The position numbers were made by a program, and so were the translations under genes. The notes beneath the pieces were generated by a model, which saw only the letters and a list, made by a program, of their open reading frames with translations, did no database searches and was not told the origin of the DNA. A DNA stretch of 61,828 nt, the filler included, from Choristocarpus tenellus KU-1152 (lineage: Eukaryota > Protista > Phaeophyceae): assembly GCA_964200185.2 (NCBI GenBank). It is 9 parts of 9 records of this genome, joined end to end, with 100 filler letters (N's around TTAATTAATTAA, not from the genome) between each part and the next. Parts side by side here need not be neighbours in the genome. Positions count along the whole stretch, not along the records: positions 57,853 to 61,828 come from CAXNAD020016831.1; 8 more parts are not named here. The stretch is one strand, 5' to 3'. Each line of letters begins with the position of its first letter. The first letter of the stretch is position 1. This document shows positions 58,675-61,828 of the stretch, piece by piece.

Positions 58675-61600
58675 CTAGCAGGTTTCGGAGAGGCTCAGGT
58701 GATTCAATTCTACGAGATCAGTGATGGCATCAAAGAATGCACAGAACTCCTCCTTGCACAGCCCTACTGCTGCTCCGGCATTGCCACTATTGCCCTCTTC
58801 ATTTCTGTCTTTTCCTGTGCCTCTGCCATCACCAGCTGCAGCCTCAAGAGCTGCTTCAAATTCAGGGTATTGACAAATAGCACTGAGCGCAGGACTGGAG
58901 ATTCTGTACTGCTCCACGGAACCTCTTGCACGTAACTGCTTCATTATTTCTGTGGCAGGGAGCACTTTTGGCTGCGTCATCTGGGCATACCCTCCATGGT
59001 ATTCGACACTGTCGCCAAGAGCCCCATCCTCGCTGTCGCCCCTAATTTCGTCTGTCTCCGGATAGGAGTTACTAACCATAACATCAAATGCTTTCTCGAG
59101 CAGGGTGGATTCATCCTTGCCCAGGTCTTGAGGCTCCCCTGTGTATTGTAAGCAGTTTGATAGCGGGTGGAGATTTTATTTTTTCTATTTTTTTGCTTTC
59201 GCAGAATATGTTGTATTATACTGTAATGTCTTCACTGGCACAATATGGTGGGCATGCTCTGAAGTGGACACTCCTGAACTTGACAGATACTATGTCTCAG
59301 TAGGCCGTGACTACCCATCTTCCCTGTGTTCCTCCTATCAAGAGCGCCAAAAACAATGACATACAGTGCACCTTCTTGAACAAAATTTGCGGAAACCAAT
59401 GGTCCTGACCAATGAATGCTTGATCACATCTTGAATGTGGTGTATACATGATTCGTAGGTGTGAAGAACTGTCCGACTCAAGAAACTTTCATGTCACTTC
59501 ACATGCCATTACTCTATGGTGTTGGAAAGTCATGACGATGGCAGCCCAGGAGGCAAGAGCCGACAGCTTGAAGACCAGAAGTCTTTTATGGTATCGCACC
59601 TATCAATGCCTTCACTGCTTTGCATGTCTCTTCCCATTGCAAATCAGCTGCAGTTTTGGTATCCTTCAAGTTGTGAACGTGGAAACAATGCAAGGAGTGC
59701 GAGGAGAACAATGTGGTCACAGATAACATTTATACAGTGAATGTCACCAAAAAAATATTTTTTAACGGAGGACATCTTCTCCCACGCTCATATCCAAAAT
59801 ATTTTTGTCGCCAGGAGATACATCTCATTTCTGTCAATATATATTGAGAAGACAAATATTAGAACTCTTCTCCATGTTGCAGGCTCAAACCTGAGTGATG
59901 CTGTCACAGTACACTTTGGATTCCACCTCTTTGCTTCTGCTGTTGCTTAGATTTCTTTCTGGCTGCCCTCTGTGTCTACTTCTTCCACCCTCTGTGGTAG
60001 AGTTATCGGTGCTGACATTGACAGTATGGTTGACATCAGCCTTGTTGGTCGTGACAAATGTATTAATGCCTCCCACTCCATTGGGAACATTGCCTTTTCC
60101 TGTGAGGGCAGCTGAAGTATCAGTGGTGACGTTGTCATGGTTGACATCAACATCCTTAATTGGTCCAGATATTTCAACACGATCCCTTCTATCTGTGATG
60201 TCTTCTTCTTTGAGGGTGATTGAGCACTCATCGCTCAGCGGGGGCCTTGTGTAACGGATGTTGCATGTCCCATCCTCATTTACACGTGATATCCATGCTC
60301 GATACCACACAAAGCCCTGCGGTGTGATGTAGGTTTGTGCACATCCCCAGTACCCAAGGTGGGACAAGGTGTGCATGGGAAGGATCAGTTAGTATTGACT
60401 GTGTGTCAGTGAAAACGAAATCATAACTTAAGGTAAGCATTTCTCACCTGCTGACCCAGAGCATTTAAGGGGGTAGGAGTTTCGAACTGTTTGTCCGTTT
60501 GAGGCTTGGCTTCCCAAGGGTTTTTATGCCCTTTTTTCGGTTTTCTGTGTGAACGCAGTTGCCTAAAATGTATACAACTATGAAAGGTGTGTTCGGAGCA
60601 AGGATGGTGACACTTACTAACAAACATGATAGCCAAAATCCATCAAAATCGCAATATTTGGGTTTTTATCCCGAATGGACGCAGCCCTACCCTCTTAAAT
60701 GATTTGACTCTGCTGCATATCATAAAAATAAATTTTCCAGGGCTCCCGAATAGTATCCCCTAACTCAACTGCGCGACCTGGATTAGCCCGCACCTTCAAG
60801 AGGAGTGCTTCTACTTCTTGACCCTTAGTGAAGGTCATTGGCAGCAGATTCTGGGAACGCATATCATTGCGCAGGCAGTTCTGTGCCTGCTGGGCTGCTG
60901 TGCGACGCAAGTATTTCCGAGGAACATAGTTCTCCTCATGCAATGCCTTACACGATTTCCGTAGGTCTGAAAAAGTGAGGGAGTTGCTATGCTGGGAGGC
61001 AAATAGCTCCTCTATCCACTTGTGGCGACGGGTCTTCACCAAAGCCCATAGGGTCAACTTCCTTAGGAGCTGCTTTACCTTTATGGTTTCGGCGGAAATG
61101 GAAGTAGAAAATGTAATTGTTAGGAGGTATCGCTCAGACAGGACTGCATGTCATCAATGTAGTGCCCAGTTGCTTCTGATCCGCTGTGAGTAAGTCAATT
61201 TCCCTAAGGAAAAAATGGCACTGAACTGGACGCAAACATGGAAAACAGTCAACACACAAGCACTCATTTTCAGCATTTATATCCTAAACAGCTAATGATA
61301 GGACACTACAAACGCAGTCGTAGATGATTTTGGGAAAAATCTCAGCGAAAGATCCCTCTGACTATGTGATGATCGGCTCTGGAGCGGGGGAGAGATGGAT
61401 CTGGATAGTTGCAGAATCAAATATTGATCCATACCAATGTGTATCAATATATTTATTTCAAATACAATATCAATATACTATCAATATATTTATAAATTAA
61501 TGACAACATAATATAATATCTCCCAGTTCCTCCCTCCTCACTTGAACATTCTCCGTCACGTGGAAACGCATCTCGTCAAGACTCACAACCCCGCATCCAT

Positions 61601-61828
61601 GCGTATCTAACTTGCCGAAAATCTCTGCCAGCACCAGTTTTTCCTTGTCTTCGTCTACCTCTGCCACTCTTGAGTCACGCATTTCTCCCTTCCCCCATGG
61701 GGTCTTTTGGGCTCGAGCACCATCTAGATAGGCATTTCCGTTGGATTTTGATGCCAGGAATGGGGGAGATTTTTCCCTCCTCCTGTAGCCAACCTTTACT
61801 GCAGTGCTGTCCTGCACCATCTCTGCAG
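58675..61828 (-). CDS. EF-hand and Tudor-like domain protein (5' end outside window)
   Basis: Phase-compatible exons 61828-61542 (EIFGKLDTHGCGVVSLDEM, EF-hand-like), 61078-60794 (...FTKGQEVEALLLK), 60316-59891 (GFVWYRAWISRVNEDGTCNIRY, Tudor-like), 59663-59600, 59138-58675 (...LCKEEFCAFFDAITDLVELN...*, degenerate EF-like helix). Confidence 0.8.
60469..60694. mobile_element. 226-bp non-autonomous DNA transposon (MITE family A), TTAA target site, Kolobok-like termini
   Basis: TTAA at 60465-60468 and 60695-60698. Termini GGGGGTAGG and CCTACCCTC (reverse complement GAGGGTAGG). Homologous partial copies at 41777-41930 and ~35828-35859. Intronic. Confidence 0.7.

Noticed and set aside
1-61828. A novel multi-gene system (defence island, operon, viral insertion) or RNA genes
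   Set aside because: All recognisable genes are ordinary intron-containing nuclear genes on separate contigs. I saw no intronless gene cluster, viral hallmark gene, tRNA or rRNA.

Overview
Eukaryotic, intron-rich nuclear DNA, most consistent with a stramenopile, probably a brown alga or close relative. This is inferred from GT-AG exon chains, frequent short TTAGGG tracts and the style of the RTE-LINE and pogo relics. The window is not one contiguous locus: eight identical 100-bp spacers (N44-TTAATTAATTAA-N44) join nine contigs, so adjacency across spacers is unsupported. Genes reconstructed by hand from phase-compatible exons: a multi-exon hypothetical protein (+); a near-complete B-box + UPF0652/DUF2009 gene (-); an ankyrin-repeat pseudogene (-) with an internally deleted pogo-like transposon just upstream; a signal/TM-anchored TPR gene (-) head-to-head with a tRNA dimethylallyltransferase (MiaA/IPT) gene (+); an RCC1-repeat + tandem BTB gene (-); the 3' end of a membrane-protein gene (-); the last exon of WDR1/AIP1 (+); and an EF-hand + Tudor-like gene (-). 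Also present: LINE relics, two dispersed short repeat families (one a TTAA-flanked Kolobok-like MITE), minisatellites and many short interstitial telomeric tracts. I find no convincing new multi-gene system. The most interesting items are a telomeric insertion bracketed by a 14-bp direct repeat, the TTAA MITE, several GC-AG introns, the pogo/pseudogene juxtaposition and some unusual domain architectures.
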